This document shows, piece after piece, positions 27,303 to 40,023 of a stretch of DNA of 62,159 nt. Positions within the stretch are counted from its first letter, which is position 1. Every line of letters begins with the position of its first letter. Both the position numbers and the translations under genes were made by a program. Under the pieces are notes generated by a model, which was given only the letters and a program-made list of their open reading frames with translations, was not told the origin of the DNA and made no database searches. The stretch comes from Burkholderiales bacterium (GTDB lineage: Bacteria > Pseudomonadota > Gammaproteobacteria > Burkholderiales > SG8-41): positions 1 through 62,159 of the forward strand of contig JAYOED010000006.1 of NCBI GenBank assembly GCA_038106575.1, given 5' to 3'.

Positions 27303-28772
27303 ATGGCCGCCAAGCGCCCCAACATCATTCTCATCACTTCGGACCAACAGCGCGCTGACTGCAACGGTTTCGAAAATCCGCACCTTAAAACCCCGCATCT
27401 GGACCGGCTGGCGCGCGATGGTACGCGGTTTAAGGCCTGCATGACTCCGAACCTCGTCTGCCAGCCTTCACGCGCCTCGATACTGACCGGGCTGCTGCCG
27501 CTGACGCACGGCGTGTGGGATAACGGCGTCGACCTCGATCCGAAAGTAGGCGAGCAGGGTTTTGCCGGGACGCTGGGGCGCAGCGGTTACCGCACTGCGT
27601 TCATCGGCAAGGCTCATTTCGCGACCAAGGCCACGTTCAAGGCGACCGGCACGCCGGAATGTAACAAGAGCCAGGCGAAATACGGACCCAATTGGAACGG
27701 CCCCTACATGGGCTTCGAATACGCTGAGCTGACCGTGCTGGGACATACTCACCGCACGCGCCCGCTGGACCGCCCGCCGATGGGACACTACGAGCGCTGG
27801 TTCATTGGGCGCGGCAATGACGAAGAGGCCTACAAGCTGTGGGCGCAGTCGACGCGACCCGAAACCGGTGCTGCGCAGACCTGGAGTTCGGCGCTGCCGG
27901 TCTCCTGGCACAACAGCACCTGGACCGCCGACCGCACCATCGAACTGCTGACGCATCAGGACAAGAGCAAGCCGCTGGCGATGTGGGTGTCGTTCGCTGA
28001 TCCCCACCATCCGTTCGACTGCCCCGAGCCGTGGAGCAGTATGTACGATCCGAAGAGCATCGTGCTGCCGCAGCATCGCAGCATGGATCTTGACCGCCGG
28101 CCATGGTGGCACAAGGCCCAGCTTGAAGGTGTACCGCAACTCAACGATCCGGAGCTGCGAAAATTCCGCGCCGAAGGTTCGCGTGTTCCGGTGCAGACCG
28201 ACGCCCAGCTCGCCGACATGACTTCGAACTACTACGGCATGATTTCGCTGATCGACCACAACGTCGGCCGCATCCTCAATACGCTCGATGACCTCGGCAT
28301 GGCCGAAGACACGCTGATTGTCTACAGCACCGACCACGGCGATATGCTCGGCAACCATGGGCTCTACCTGAAGGGTCCCACGCCCTACGAAGACCTGATG
28401 CGGGTGACGATGATCGCGCGCGGTCCCGGCGTCAAAACCGGTCAGGTGGTTGCAGAGCCGGTGTCGACGCTCGATCTCGCGGCCACGTTCTACGATGCGG
28501 CGGACACTTCGGCGCCGCACGCGCTACAGGGCCGCAGCCTGAAGGATCTGCTTGCAGGCAAGGACGCGCCGCGTGAGGCCGCGTGGAGTGAGTGGCATGT
28601 GCATCCGTCGCGCTGCGGCGTCGGCCTGCAGTTGCGCACCGTGCGCACCATGGACTGGAAGTGCACGTTCGAGCTCGGATCGGGCGCTGGCGAGATGTAC
28701 AAGCTCAAGGATGATCCGAACGAAATGGACAACCTGTTCGATGATCCCGGCTATGCCAAGGTTAATATTTAA
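27303..28772 (+). CDS. sulfatase (arylsulfatase family)
   Basis: 489 aa from ATG 27303 (MAAKRPNIILITSDQQRADC...). Formylglycine motif C-x-P-x-R in VCQPSRASILTG. Confidence 0.85.
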   Translation: MAAKRPNIILITSDQQRADCNGFENPHLKTPHLDRLARDGTRFKACMTPNLVCQPSRASILTGLLPLTHGVWDNGVDLDPKVGEQGFAGTLGRSGYRTAFIGKAHFATKATFKATGTPECNKSQAKYGPNWNGPYMGFEYAELTVLGHTHRTRPLDRPPMGHYERWFIGRGNDEEAYKLWAQSTRPETGAAQTWSSALPVSWHNSTWTADRTIELLTHQDKSKPLAMWVSFADPHHPFDCPEPWSSMYDPKSIVLPQHRSMDLDRRPWWHKAQLEGVPQLNDPELRKFRAEGSRVPVQTDAQLADMTSNYYGMISLIDHNVGRILNTLDDLGMAEDTLIVYSTDHGDMLGNHGLYLKGPTPYEDLMRVTMIARGPGVKTGQVVAEPVSTLDLAATFYDAADTSAPHALQGRSLKDLLAGKDAPREAAWSEWHVHPSRCGVGLQLRTVRTMDWKCTFELGSGAGEMYKLKDDPNEMDNLFDDPGYAKVNI

Positions 28773-28915
28773 TTGAACGAACTTTTGCTCGCCAGAACCG
28801 TTAGGGTTTCTTCCATTCTGGCGGAGCCCATCGGCATGGCTTGATGCATTAAATATACCAACAACAACGAAAACGACCGTTCCAGCAACCCGCTTTTTTT
28901 CGAGGAGGAATCCAG

Positions 28916-29878
28916 ATGAAAAAAATCATACTCAGCATTTTCTTTCTTTGTATCTGCGTCCCGGCCTTTGCGCAAAACTGGCCCAATCGGCCGATCCGCG
29001 TACTGGTGGGCTTTGCGCCCGGAGGCACTTCCGACCTATCGGCACGCCTGCCGGCAGATATGGTATCGCGGGAACTAGGACAGCAGGTCATCGTGGAGAA
29101 CCGCCCCGGCGGTTCCGGCAGCGTTTCCATCGAGGCACTGGTGCGCAGCGCGGCGGATGGCTATACCTTGGTTGTCGGTTCGGACTCGGCGTTCTACCAG
29201 CCGGTGCTCAATCCGAAACTGCCCTACCGCGCCGACAAGGACCTGGCGCCGATCACCATCCTCGTCAATCAGCCGATCATCATCGCCGTGCATCCGGCTC
29301 CCGGCTGGAAATCGATCGCCGACATGCTCAAGGCCACGCGCGCGCAACCCGGCGAAGTGCCGTATGCCATTTCATCGCCAACCGGTACCCAGGCACTCGC
29401 CGGACTGCTGTTTTTCCGGCTGGCCAAGTCCAAACTGACACCAGTACCATTCAAGGGCGGCGGTCAAGCGATTGTCTCCCTGGTCAGCGGCGAGGTGCCT
29501 ATCGCGGTTCTGGGTTCGGGTCCGATTGTTCCGCAGGCCAAAGCCGGACGCGTCAAGATGCTCGCCGTCACCTCCGGCAAGCGCTCGAAAGCGCTGCCCG
29601 ACGTACCAACGCTGGCTGAGGTCGGCTACCCAGAAATCGACATCGTGCAGTGGTTCGGCATCATGGGCAAAGCCGGTACTCCGAACGATGTAATCGGCAA
29701 ACTCTCCGCCGCCTACAACAAGGCGCTGGCTGATCCGAAAATTGAACAACGCCTGTTCAGTGTCGGTGCCGAAACTGCAGGTGGCTCGCCGAGAGAAATG
29801 CTGGTGCGCATGAAGGCTGAGATGGCGGTGTGGGCTAAGGCCGCGAAGGAAGCCGGAATGGGCAAGCGGCGCAGGTAA
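28916..29878 (+). CDS. Bug/TctC-family substrate-binding protein
   Basis: 320 aa, signal peptide plus NWPNRPIRVLVGFAPGGTSD. GAGGAGG RBS upstream. Confidence 0.85.
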   Translation: MKKIILSIFFLCICVPAFAQNWPNRPIRVLVGFAPGGTSDLSARLPADMVSRELGQQVIVENRPGGSGSVSIEALVRSAADGYTLVVGSDSAFYQPVLNPKLPYRADKDLAPITILVNQPIIIAVHPAPGWKSIADMLKATRAQPGEVPYAISSPTGTQALAGLLFFRLAKSKLTPVPFKGGGQAIVSLVSGEVPIAVLGSGPIVPQAKAGRVKMLAVTSGKRSKALPDVPTLAEVGYPEIDIVQWFGIMGKAGTPNDVIGKLSAAYNKALADPKIEQRLFSVGAETAGGSPREMLVRMKAEMAVWAKAAKEAGMGKRRR

Positions 29879-29881
29879 ATC

Positions 29882-31240
29882 ATGGAGAAAATATCGTCAC
29901 CGAACATCGTCCTGATCCTCGCCGACAACCTCGGCTGGGGCGAACTGGGCTGCTACAACGGCGGACTGATACGCGGCGCGCCGGCACCGACACCGCGCAT
30001 CGACCGGCTTGCCGAAGAAGGGCTGAAGTTCCTCAACTTCAACGTCGAGAGCGACTGTGTGCCAACGCGCTCGGCGCTGATGACCGGACGCATGCCGATC
30101 CGCACCGGTGCGATTCAATCTGTGCCGGCTGGGCTGCCGCAAGGGCTGATCCCGTGGGAAGTGACGCTGGCGCAACTGCTATCCGCACGTGGTTACGCCA
30201 CCGGAATCTACGGCAAGTGGCATCTCGGCGACCGCGAAGGCCGCTACCCCAAGGACCGCGGTTTCGATGAGTGGTACGGCATTCCGCGCACCACCAACGA
30301 AAGTATGTTCACCTCCACACCTGGCTACGACTCCTCGGTCGTCGGCCTGCCCTACGTGATGGAGGGGCGCAAGGGCGAGCTAGCGAAAAACGTCGCTGTT
30401 TTCGACCTCGAGATGCGCCGCCGCATCGACTCCGACCTGATCGGGCACGCCAACGACTTCATGCGCCGCCAAGTGAAGGCGAAGCGCCCGTTCTTCACCT
30501 ACATTCCGCTGACCCAGGTGCATTTCCCGACGCTGCCCCATCGCGATTTCGCCGGAAAGACCGGCGCCGGCGATTTTGCCGATTCGATGGTGGAAATGGA
30601 TCACAACGTCGGCCGGGTACTCGATGAACTGCAGTCGCTGGGTGTTGCCGAGGATACGCTGTTCTTTTTCGGCAGCGACAACGGTCCTGAATTCCGCCGT
30701 CCCTGGCGCGGCACCGCCGGTATGTGGCGCGGCACTTATCACACCTCGATGGAAGGTTCGTTGCGGGTACCGTTCATGGTGCGCTGGCCCGGCAAAATCG
30801 CAGCGGGCCGGGTCAGCAACGAGATTGTGCACATCACTGACCTCTACACTACGCTCGCACGTGTCGCCGGAGCCGAAGTGCCACAGGACCGGCCTATCGA
30901 CGGCATCGACCAGCTGGACTTTTTCATTGGCAAGCAGGAAAAATCGAACCGTGAAGGTTTCGTGTTCTATATCAAGCAGGAAATGCGCGCCGCCAAGTGG
31001 CGCGACTGGAAAATGCACATGGTATGGGAACCGGAACCGAACACCGGACCGATCCATCTCGAAACGCCGTGGATATTCAACGTCACCCGCGACCCCAAAG
31101 AAGAAACCGAGGTCGGGACCGAGGAAGTCTGGGTGCGCGGTCCCTTTCTGCGGATGATCAATGAATTTCGCTACAGTCTTAAACAAAATCCACCGATCCC
31201 GCCGGGCGCTCCGGACGACTACATACCTACAGTCGAATAA
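29882..31240 (+). CDS. sulfatase (arylsulfatase family)
   Basis: 452 aa, NIVLILADNLGWGELGCY..., C-x-P-x-R motif in CVPTRSALMTG. Confidence 0.85.
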   Translation: MEKISSPNIVLILADNLGWGELGCYNGGLIRGAPAPTPRIDRLAEEGLKFLNFNVESDCVPTRSALMTGRMPIRTGAIQSVPAGLPQGLIPWEVTLAQLLSARGYATGIYGKWHLGDREGRYPKDRGFDEWYGIPRTTNESMFTSTPGYDSSVVGLPYVMEGRKGELAKNVAVFDLEMRRRIDSDLIGHANDFMRRQVKAKRPFFTYIPLTQVHFPTLPHRDFAGKTGAGDFADSMVEMDHNVGRVLDELQSLGVAEDTLFFFGSDNGPEFRRPWRGTAGMWRGTYHTSMEGSLRVPFMVRWPGKIAAGRVSNEIVHITDLYTTLARVAGAEVPQDRPIDGIDQLDFFIGKQEKSNREGFVFYIKQEMRAAKWRDWKMHMVWEPEPNTGPIHLETPWIFNVTRDPKEETEVGTEEVWVRGPFLRMINEFRYSLKQNPPIPPGAPDDYIPTVE

Positions 31241-31346
31241 CGGGCGACGTTACGCACCTTCAGGATACAAATGCTGCCCGGCAGCGACCAACACATTCGC
31301 AAAATTATTTAAATAATTTATTTAATTTATTTTTTTAATCCTACGC

Positions 31347-32519
31347 CTAGCTGATTTTTTCGTGTAGCAGCGTAATAGTCTTTAACACCTTCTCGTCGAT
31401 AGTGACGCCAAGGCCCGGCCCAGTGGGGACGTTCACATAACCGTCGACAATTTTGAAATCGCTTTCGGGGCACAAAGGATCCTTCACTGTGGAATTCAGA
31501 CCGAGCACGAACTCGGCTGCCCCCATCATCCTCGATAGGGGTACGCTCGAATAAAAATGCGCGCCGGCCGCGGCTTCTAGCTGTGACTGCATGGCGAGGC
31601 CGCCGCAGTTCAACTGGATGTTGCTCGCTTCGGCAATCGCGGCGATTTTTCGGGCCGGGGTGATCCCGCCAATCTTGTAGAGCTTGATGCAGTAGGCATC
31701 GATCGCGCGTGCTTGCGCCAGCGCAAAAGCATCCTGGATCGTGAATACGCCTTCGTCGGCCATCACCGGCACGCCGCCAGCGGCGCGGCGGATTTCGGCC
31801 ATGCCCTTGATGTCGCGGCGTTCAATCGGCTGCTCGATGTACCCGAGGTCCATCGGCAGGATCTCAGCAATCGCACGCAGCGAATCGGCCAGCGTCCAGC
31901 CGGCGTTTGGATCGATGCCGATCATGATGTCCTTGCCTACCGCCTTTCGCACCGCAGCGAAGTTGGCGACGTCGCGCTTCCAGCCGCGGTGATCAGCCAT
32001 CTTCAGGCACAGCACTTTGATGCCAAACTCGTCGACCGCGCGCTTCGCTTCGGCAATCATGGTCTGCACGTCGTCGGCCATGCTCACCGACCATTCAAGC
32101 GGGATGCGCGGTTGGCAGCAACCGCCGATCAGGTTGTAGACCGGCGTGTTGAGAGCCTTGCCGGCAGCGTCGCGCACTGCGATATCGAGCACCGCGCGCG
32201 CCGCCGGGTTGCCATGCAGCCGGTTGTCGAACATTGCGTTGATGCCCTCGGTGTCGAAGATCGAACGGCCGATCATGGCCGGACCGTAGATTTCCTTGAT
32301 CGCGGCGACCATGCTCTGCGTGGTGTCGGCGACGAAGTGGCCGGGGCTGATCGGGCGGATCTGGCCCATGCCGGTGACGCCGCCAGCGTGGATCTTCACC
32401 AATACCGGCTTGCCGTTGATGCTGTCGAGCGGTCCGGTGTCATAAACGCCGCTGGAAAAGATACGCTTGAGCCGTTCGGTCAGCGCGGTGACGTAAATCT
32501 CGATGCGTTCGATTTTCAT
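31347..32519 (-). CDS. enolase-superfamily enzyme (mandelate racemase / muconate lactonizing enzyme family)
   Basis: 390 aa with an MR/MLE-like capping domain and barrel (IGIDPNAGW..., YIEQP..., ADEG...). Confidence 0.85.
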   Translation of the reverse strand: MKIERIEIYVTALTERLKRIFSSGVYDTGPLDSINGKPVLVKIHAGGVTGMGQIRPISPGHFVADTTQSMVAAIKEIYGPAMIGRSIFDTEGINAMFDNRLHGNPAARAVLDIAVRDAAGKALNTPVYNLIGGCCQPRIPLEWSVSMADDVQTMIAEAKRAVDEFGIKVLCLKMADHRGWKRDVANFAAVRKAVGKDIMIGIDPNAGWTLADSLRAIAEILPMDLGYIEQPIERRDIKGMAEIRRAAGGVPVMADEGVFTIQDAFALAQARAIDAYCIKLYKIGGITPARKIAAIAEASNIQLNCGGLAMQSQLEAAAGAHFYSSVPLSRMMGAAEFVLGLNSTVKDPLCPESDFKIVDGYVNVPTGPGLGVTIDEKVLKTITLLHEKIS

Positions 32520-32547
32520 GTTTCCTCCGTATGGGTGCCCAGCGCAA

Positions 32548-33372
32548 TTAGTCTTCGGCCTGTAATTTAAGGTACGACGAGCGACCGCCGTCGGCGGCGA
32601 TGGTAGTGCCGGTGATCATGTGTGAATCCTCAGAAGCAAGGAAAAGCGCGATGGAAGCAATGTGTTCCGGCTCGCCCAGCGAAAACGGATACAGCTGTTG
32701 CGCCAGCTTACGCACGCGTGCTGCGGGCGACAGCTCCTTCGCCGCCATCATTTCGCCGTAGCGCTTGATTTGGCGCTCGGTCAACACCGACCCCGGCGCG
32801 ACCGCATTGACGCGGATGTTGTGCGACGCATACTGCGCCGCCAGCGTCTTAGTGAATGAAATGATACCGCCCTTGGTCGCCGCATAGGCAGGCTTGATCG
32901 ACCCCATCAGCCCGAGATGCGAAGTGACGTTGACGATCACGCCTCCGCCGGCCTTGAGCATGTGCGGAATGCCGTGGCGGCAGGTCAGAAACGGGTGCAG
33001 TAGGTTGAGGTTGATGGTGTGATGCCAGACCTTTAGGTCCATTTCGTGTACTGGAAGGTCTTCCTGCAGCGAACCGCCGGCGCAGTTAAAGATGATGTCG
33101 AGGCCGCCGAATTTCTTGACTGTGGCCGCCACTGCGTCGCGCACGCTTTCGTCATTGGTTACATCGGTTTCGACAAACAGCGCTTCGCTACCGGCGTCTC
33201 GGATTTCGCGTTCGGCTGCAGCGCCGGTCTCGCGGTTGAAATCGATGATCGCGACCTCGGCACCCTCTCGCGCATAGAGCCTGGCCGTAGCACGGGCGAT
33301 ACCCGCACCCGCACCGGTGAGAAAGGCAACCTTGCCCGCCAGTTTGCCGGCTGTGTTCGAAGATTGGGACAT
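32548..33372 (-). CDS. SDR-family oxidoreductase
   Basis: 274 aa, TGAGAGIARA Rossmann motif and YAATK catalytic motif. Confidence 0.85.
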   Translation of the reverse strand: MSQSSNTAGKLAGKVAFLTGAGAGIARATARLYAREGAEVAIIDFNRETGAAAEREIRDAGSEALFVETDVTNDESVRDAVAATVKKFGGLDIIFNCAGGSLQEDLPVHEMDLKVWHHTINLNLLHPFLTCRHGIPHMLKAGGGVIVNVTSHLGLMGSIKPAYAATKGGIISFTKTLAAQYASHNIRVNAVAPGSVLTERQIKRYGEMMAAKELSPAARVRKLAQQLYPFSLGEPEHIASIALFLASEDSHMITGTTIAADGGRSSYLKLQAED

Positions 33373-33550
33373 GGGGGTGAAGATTCGAATCGGGTGAAAG
33401 ACGCTCGATTGTGGCGAAGCACCTCTGGCAGATCAAGCGCCGCAGCGGATGTCGATCATGTGGACGCATCACTCAGCCCGCATCGCGGAATTACCGGTCA
33501 GACCGCAGCGAAATAATGGTAGAAACCGTTTTTGGCTAGCATCCCCGATC

Positions 33551-36253
<2,703 letters not shown>

Positions 36254-36273
36254 ACCCGCTTCCTGATCCCGTA

Positions 36274-37137
36274 ATGACCCGGACCATCAATCCCCGCATT
36301 CGCGCCCGCGAGATTCTTGCCGGCAGCGAATGCCTTTCGCCGGCCAGCGTATACGATGCCCTGTCGGCACGCGTCGCCGAGCAGACCGGCTTCGGGCTCG
36401 GCCTGTTTTCCGGATCGGTAGCATCAATGACTACACTGGCCGCTCCAGACCTCGTCGTCATCACCCTCAGCGAATTCGCCGACCAGGTGCGGCGCATCAT
36501 GCGTGCCTCCAACCTGAGCCTGCTAGTCGACGCCGACCATGGCTACGGCAACGCGCTGAACGTGATGCGTACCGTGAATGAGCTCGAACACGCGGGCGTC
36601 TCCATCCTCGGCATCGAGGACACCGTACAGCCGGCGCCCTTTGGCGGCGACGGCGGTCTGGTTCCTATCGCCGAAATGACCGGGAAGCTGCGCGCTGCAC
36701 TGGCGGCACGGCAGGATCCGCAACTGGTGATCGCGGCGCGCATCGCCAGCGCACGCATTGAAGCTGTCGAGGGCACCGTGGCGCGCGCCAAAGCCTACGC
36801 GCAGACCGGGGTCGACGCGCTGTTCGTGGTCGAAGTCGACGATATCGAGATCATCAGGGGTGTCAGCGCTGCGACGAGGCTGCCGCTGATCGTTGGCTCA
36901 GGGGCGATGACCGCGCTGCGCAGGGAACTGACACCGCTGCGGGCGCGCATCCTGCTACAAGGACACCAGCCGGTGGCGGCAGCAGTCAAGGCGCTGCGCG
37001 GCATCTATGAACACCTGCACCGGGGCGGGGCGCCAGATGACCTGAAGTCCGTGATCGCCACGCCAGCGGAACTGGACAAACTGATTCATGCGGAAGCCTA
37101 TCAGCAGGCTCGCCGCAAATATCTGAAAAAACCGTAA
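36274..37137 (+). CDS. isocitrate lyase / PEP mutase family protein (oxaloacetate decarboxylase or methylisocitrate lyase-like)
   Basis: 287 aa, with LLVDADHGYGNALNV and GIEDT motifs of the ICL/PEPM superfamily. Confidence 0.8.
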   Translation: MTRTINPRIRAREILAGSECLSPASVYDALSARVAEQTGFGLGLFSGSVASMTTLAAPDLVVITLSEFADQVRRIMRASNLSLLVDADHGYGNALNVMRTVNELEHAGVSILGIEDTVQPAPFGGDGGLVPIAEMTGKLRAALAARQDPQLVIAARIASARIEAVEGTVARAKAYAQTGVDALFVVEVDDIEIIRGVSAATRLPLIVGSGAMTALRRELTPLRARILLQGHQPVAAAVKALRGIYEHLHRGGAPDDLKSVIATPAELDKLIHAEAYQQARRKYLKKP

Positions 37138-37175
37138 TCCGTCGTCCCTATATACTCACATCAGGAGGAGAACCC

Positions 37176-38141
37176 ATGAAACAGTTCATCGGAATTGCCG
37201 CAGTGCTCACCTTGCTTTCCACTGCAACCACCACGGTTCAGGCGCAGGATTTTCCGAACAAACCGATACGCATCGTGGTCGGTTTCGCAGCCGGCGGTGG
37301 CGTCGACAAGTCTGCGCGCTTCATCGGCAAACACCTGACCGATTCGATGGGTCAGCAAATCATCGTCGATAACCGTCCGGGTGCAGCCGGCAACATTGCC
37401 GCCAGTGCGGTCGCCAAATCGCCGGCGGACGGCTACACCCTGCTGATGGCCAACGCCACACTGTCGATGCCGGGGCTGTTCAAGAACATGCCGTTCGACG
37501 TGCGTACCGACCTGGATCCGGTAAGCCTGCTGGCCATCGGCCCCTCGGTGCTGGTCGCGCATCCGTCGATGCCGGTCAAATCCCTGAAAGACATGCTGGC
37601 ACTGGCGAAATTACGTCCAAACGAACTGCTCTACGGGTCCGGTGGTGTCGGCAACATCACTCACCTTGAAATGAGTCTGCTCAACGCGCTGACCAAGACC
37701 CGGATGGTGCACGTGCCGTACAAGGGCAGCGCGCCGTCAATCGTTGGGCTGCTCACTGGCGAAGTGCACGTACTGTTCTCATCAATACCAGCCGCACTGG
37801 GACAGATCAAGGCAAAGAAAATGCGTGCCGTTGCCGTGTCGACCGCGAAGCGCAGCAGCGCCCTGCCCGATGTGCCGACTGTTGCCGAATCAGGCGTAGC
37901 TGGTTATGACGCGGCCAGTTGGTATTTTGTACTTGCACCCGGAAAAACCCCAAAACCCATCGTCGACAAGCTGAGTGGCGCGATTGTCAAAATCGTGGGC
38001 TCCGCCGAAATCAAGTCCACCCTGATCAGGGACGGCTTCGAGCCCGCAGGCTATACGCCCGAAGTCTCGGCAAAGTTTCTGCAGAACGAACTGTCCAAAT
38101 GGGCCAACGCCATTCGCGTCGCTGGCATCAAGCCTGAATAA
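37176..38141 (+). CDS. Bug/TctC-family substrate-binding protein
   Basis: 321 aa, signal peptide plus DFPNKPIRIVVGFAAGGGVD. AGGAGGAG RBS upstream. Confidence 0.85.
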   Translation: MKQFIGIAAVLTLLSTATTTVQAQDFPNKPIRIVVGFAAGGGVDKSARFIGKHLTDSMGQQIIVDNRPGAAGNIAASAVAKSPADGYTLLMANATLSMPGLFKNMPFDVRTDLDPVSLLAIGPSVLVAHPSMPVKSLKDMLALAKLRPNELLYGSGGVGNITHLEMSLLNALTKTRMVHVPYKGSAPSIVGLLTGEVHVLFSSIPAALGQIKAKKMRAVAVSTAKRSSALPDVPTVAESGVAGYDAASWYFVLAPGKTPKPIVDKLSGAIVKIVGSAEIKSTLIRDGFEPAGYTPEVSAKFLQNELSKWANAIRVAGIKPE

Positions 38142-38176
38142 CTTCAGTACAAACCCGAACCCAACAAGGAGTTTCC

Positions 38177-38857
38177 GTGTCAAACATCGGTTTTCGCATC
38201 CTGCCGCCCGCCCCGCAACCGCCGCGTGAATGGATCAAGGCTCTGCGCAGCATTGTCACCGCCCACTTGAGCGACAACATGAGCCGGCTGAAAGCCGTTT
38301 CCTCCGACATCCGTCCTTATCACGACAAGACCAAGCTGGTCGGCACCGCCTTAACCGTCAAGGTTCCCCCAGGCGACAACCTGATGGTGCACAAGGCAAT
38401 CGACATCGCACGACCCGGAGACGTCATCGTCGTCGATGCCGGTGGTATCTGCACCAACGCCATCATCGGTGAAATCATGTCGTCAATGGCGCTCGCTCGC
38501 GGCGTCGCCGGCATGGTCATCGACGGCTCCATCCGCGATGCCGATGCCGTGGCCAAATCCAGTTTTCCGGTTTTTGCCAAAGGTATTACCCACCTCGGCC
38601 CCTACAAGAACGGCCCCGGCGAAATCAATGTGCCGGTATGCATCGGGGGGGCTATCGTGAACCCGGGCGACATCGTGGTCGGTGACGAAGACGGTTTGGT
38701 CATGGTCCCGCAAGGCGAAGATGTCGCGAAACTCATCGAAATCGCGATAGCCTATGCCGAGAAAGAAGACGTAATGCTCAAGAACATCCGTAGCGGCAAG
38801 GGCGTCGACCGCTCCTGGGTCGACAAGACGTTGATAGAGAAGGGCTGTACGTTCTAA
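38177..38857 (+). CDS. RraA-family protein
   Basis: 226 aa, GDVIVVDAGG...ARGVAGMVIDGSIRD core. Confidence 0.8.
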   Translation: MSNIGFRILPPAPQPPREWIKALRSIVTAHLSDNMSRLKAVSSDIRPYHDKTKLVGTALTVKVPPGDNLMVHKAIDIARPGDVIVVDAGGICTNAIIGEIMSSMALARGVAGMVIDGSIRDADAVAKSSFPVFAKGITHLGPYKNGPGEINVPVCIGGAIVNPGDIVVGDEDGLVMVPQGEDVAKLIEIAIAYAEKEDVMLKNIRSGKGVDRSWVDKTLIEKGCTF

Positions 38858-38875
38858 GTCGACGCGGTCACGCGT

Positions 38876-39823
38876 CTAATACGCGGTCGCACCTTTCGCT
38901 CTTGCGTAACGGGCATGCGGTGGAAGCTGCAGCGCATCCGGCGCCTCATAAGGACGGTGCCCCTCAACCTGGGCAGCATAGAGAACGCGGCGGCTGTCGG
39001 ATGCAAATGCATCGCGCTTGTGTAGGGTCGCGCGATTGTCCCACACCACTATATCGCCCTGCTGCCAGAGGTGCTCGTAGACGAATTCCGAATTTGTGGC
39101 ATGCGCCCATAGCTCGTTGAGCAGTATCTCGGAATCCTCCAGCGACAGCCCGTTCACATACGCACCGTGGCGGCGGCCGAGAAACAGCATGTTGCGGCCG
39201 GTTTCCGGATGCGTGGAAATGATCGGATGACTGGGGCCGGGGAAGGCACGAATATCGGCATCAAGCGATGCGCCGGGACGCAGCTTCATCGCAGTATCGA
39301 CAATGTCAGCCTGCTTGACGGTGAAACCGCTGATGCGCTTCTTCATCGCCTCGGGCAGTGCATCATATGCGGCATAGCAGTTGGCAAAATAAGTATGTCC
39401 GCCAGCTGGAGGAATTTCTACTGCCAGCAACATGCGCGCAGCAGTCGGTTTTTCCTTGAACGAAAAATCAGCATGCCATACAACCTCGCCATCGCCGAGA
39501 ATGCCGACGGGCTTGCCGTTATCGCGCACATTGGTCACTACGGTGATTTCAGGTGGCAGATTAAATACCTGATTCGCCGTACGCTCCGCTAGATCACGCT
39601 TGTGCAGGTTGGATGACGTCACGGGCGTGCCGAAACGGTGGACCAGCGTGACCAGATCCTGCACACCGAATTTCTGCTTACGGAAAACCAGCAGCATGTG
39701 CTCCAGAAAATGTTCGTGCAACCGGTCAAAAGTAGCATCATCGATCCGGGTCAGATCGAGTCCGCGAATTTCAGCACCGAGTGCGGCAACGGCTGGCACG
39801 ACTTCGAATGCGGCAGCATTCAT
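38876..39823 (-). CDS. TauD/TfdA-family Fe(II)/2-oxoglutarate dioxygenase
   Basis: 315 aa, VWHADFSF H-x-D motif, C-terminal VWDNRATLHKR. Confidence 0.85.
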   Translation of the reverse strand: MNAAAFEVVPAVAALGAEIRGLDLTRIDDATFDRLHEHFLEHMLLVFRKQKFGVQDLVTLVHRFGTPVTSSNLHKRDLAERTANQVFNLPPEITVVTNVRDNGKPVGILGDGEVVWHADFSFKEKPTAARMLLAVEIPPAGGHTYFANCYAAYDALPEAMKKRISGFTVKQADIVDTAMKLRPGASLDADIRAFPGPSHPIISTHPETGRNMLFLGRRHGAYVNGLSLEDSEILLNELWAHATNSEFVYEHLWQQGDIVVWDNRATLHKRDAFASDSRRVLYAAQVEGHRPYEAPDALQLPPHARYARAKGATAY

Positions 39824-40023
39824 GACTATGTCTCCCAGGCTATCCAGCTATTATAGTGAGTGGACTGAGGCCGGTCAGCATGGCACCCAGAATCCGGATT
39901 CCCAGTCCAGCAAGTCTGCGGGGGCCTGCTGGCCAGCAATCCGTAATGAAACTTCATGTCAATCGGGAAAGGTCTTCGTGGATCGCTACGGCAACCCGTA
40001 AGGCCTGGTGCGAAGAATTGCTC

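Noticed and set aside
31290-31340. Very AT-rich tract with AATTTATTT-like repeats (aattatttaaataatttatttaatttattttttt). Similar tracts occur at 23270-23300 and 41440-41480.
   Set aside because: They lie between convergent or adjacent gene ends. They look like low-complexity spacer or terminator-proximal DNA rather than a structured repeat, CRISPR array or mobile-element end.
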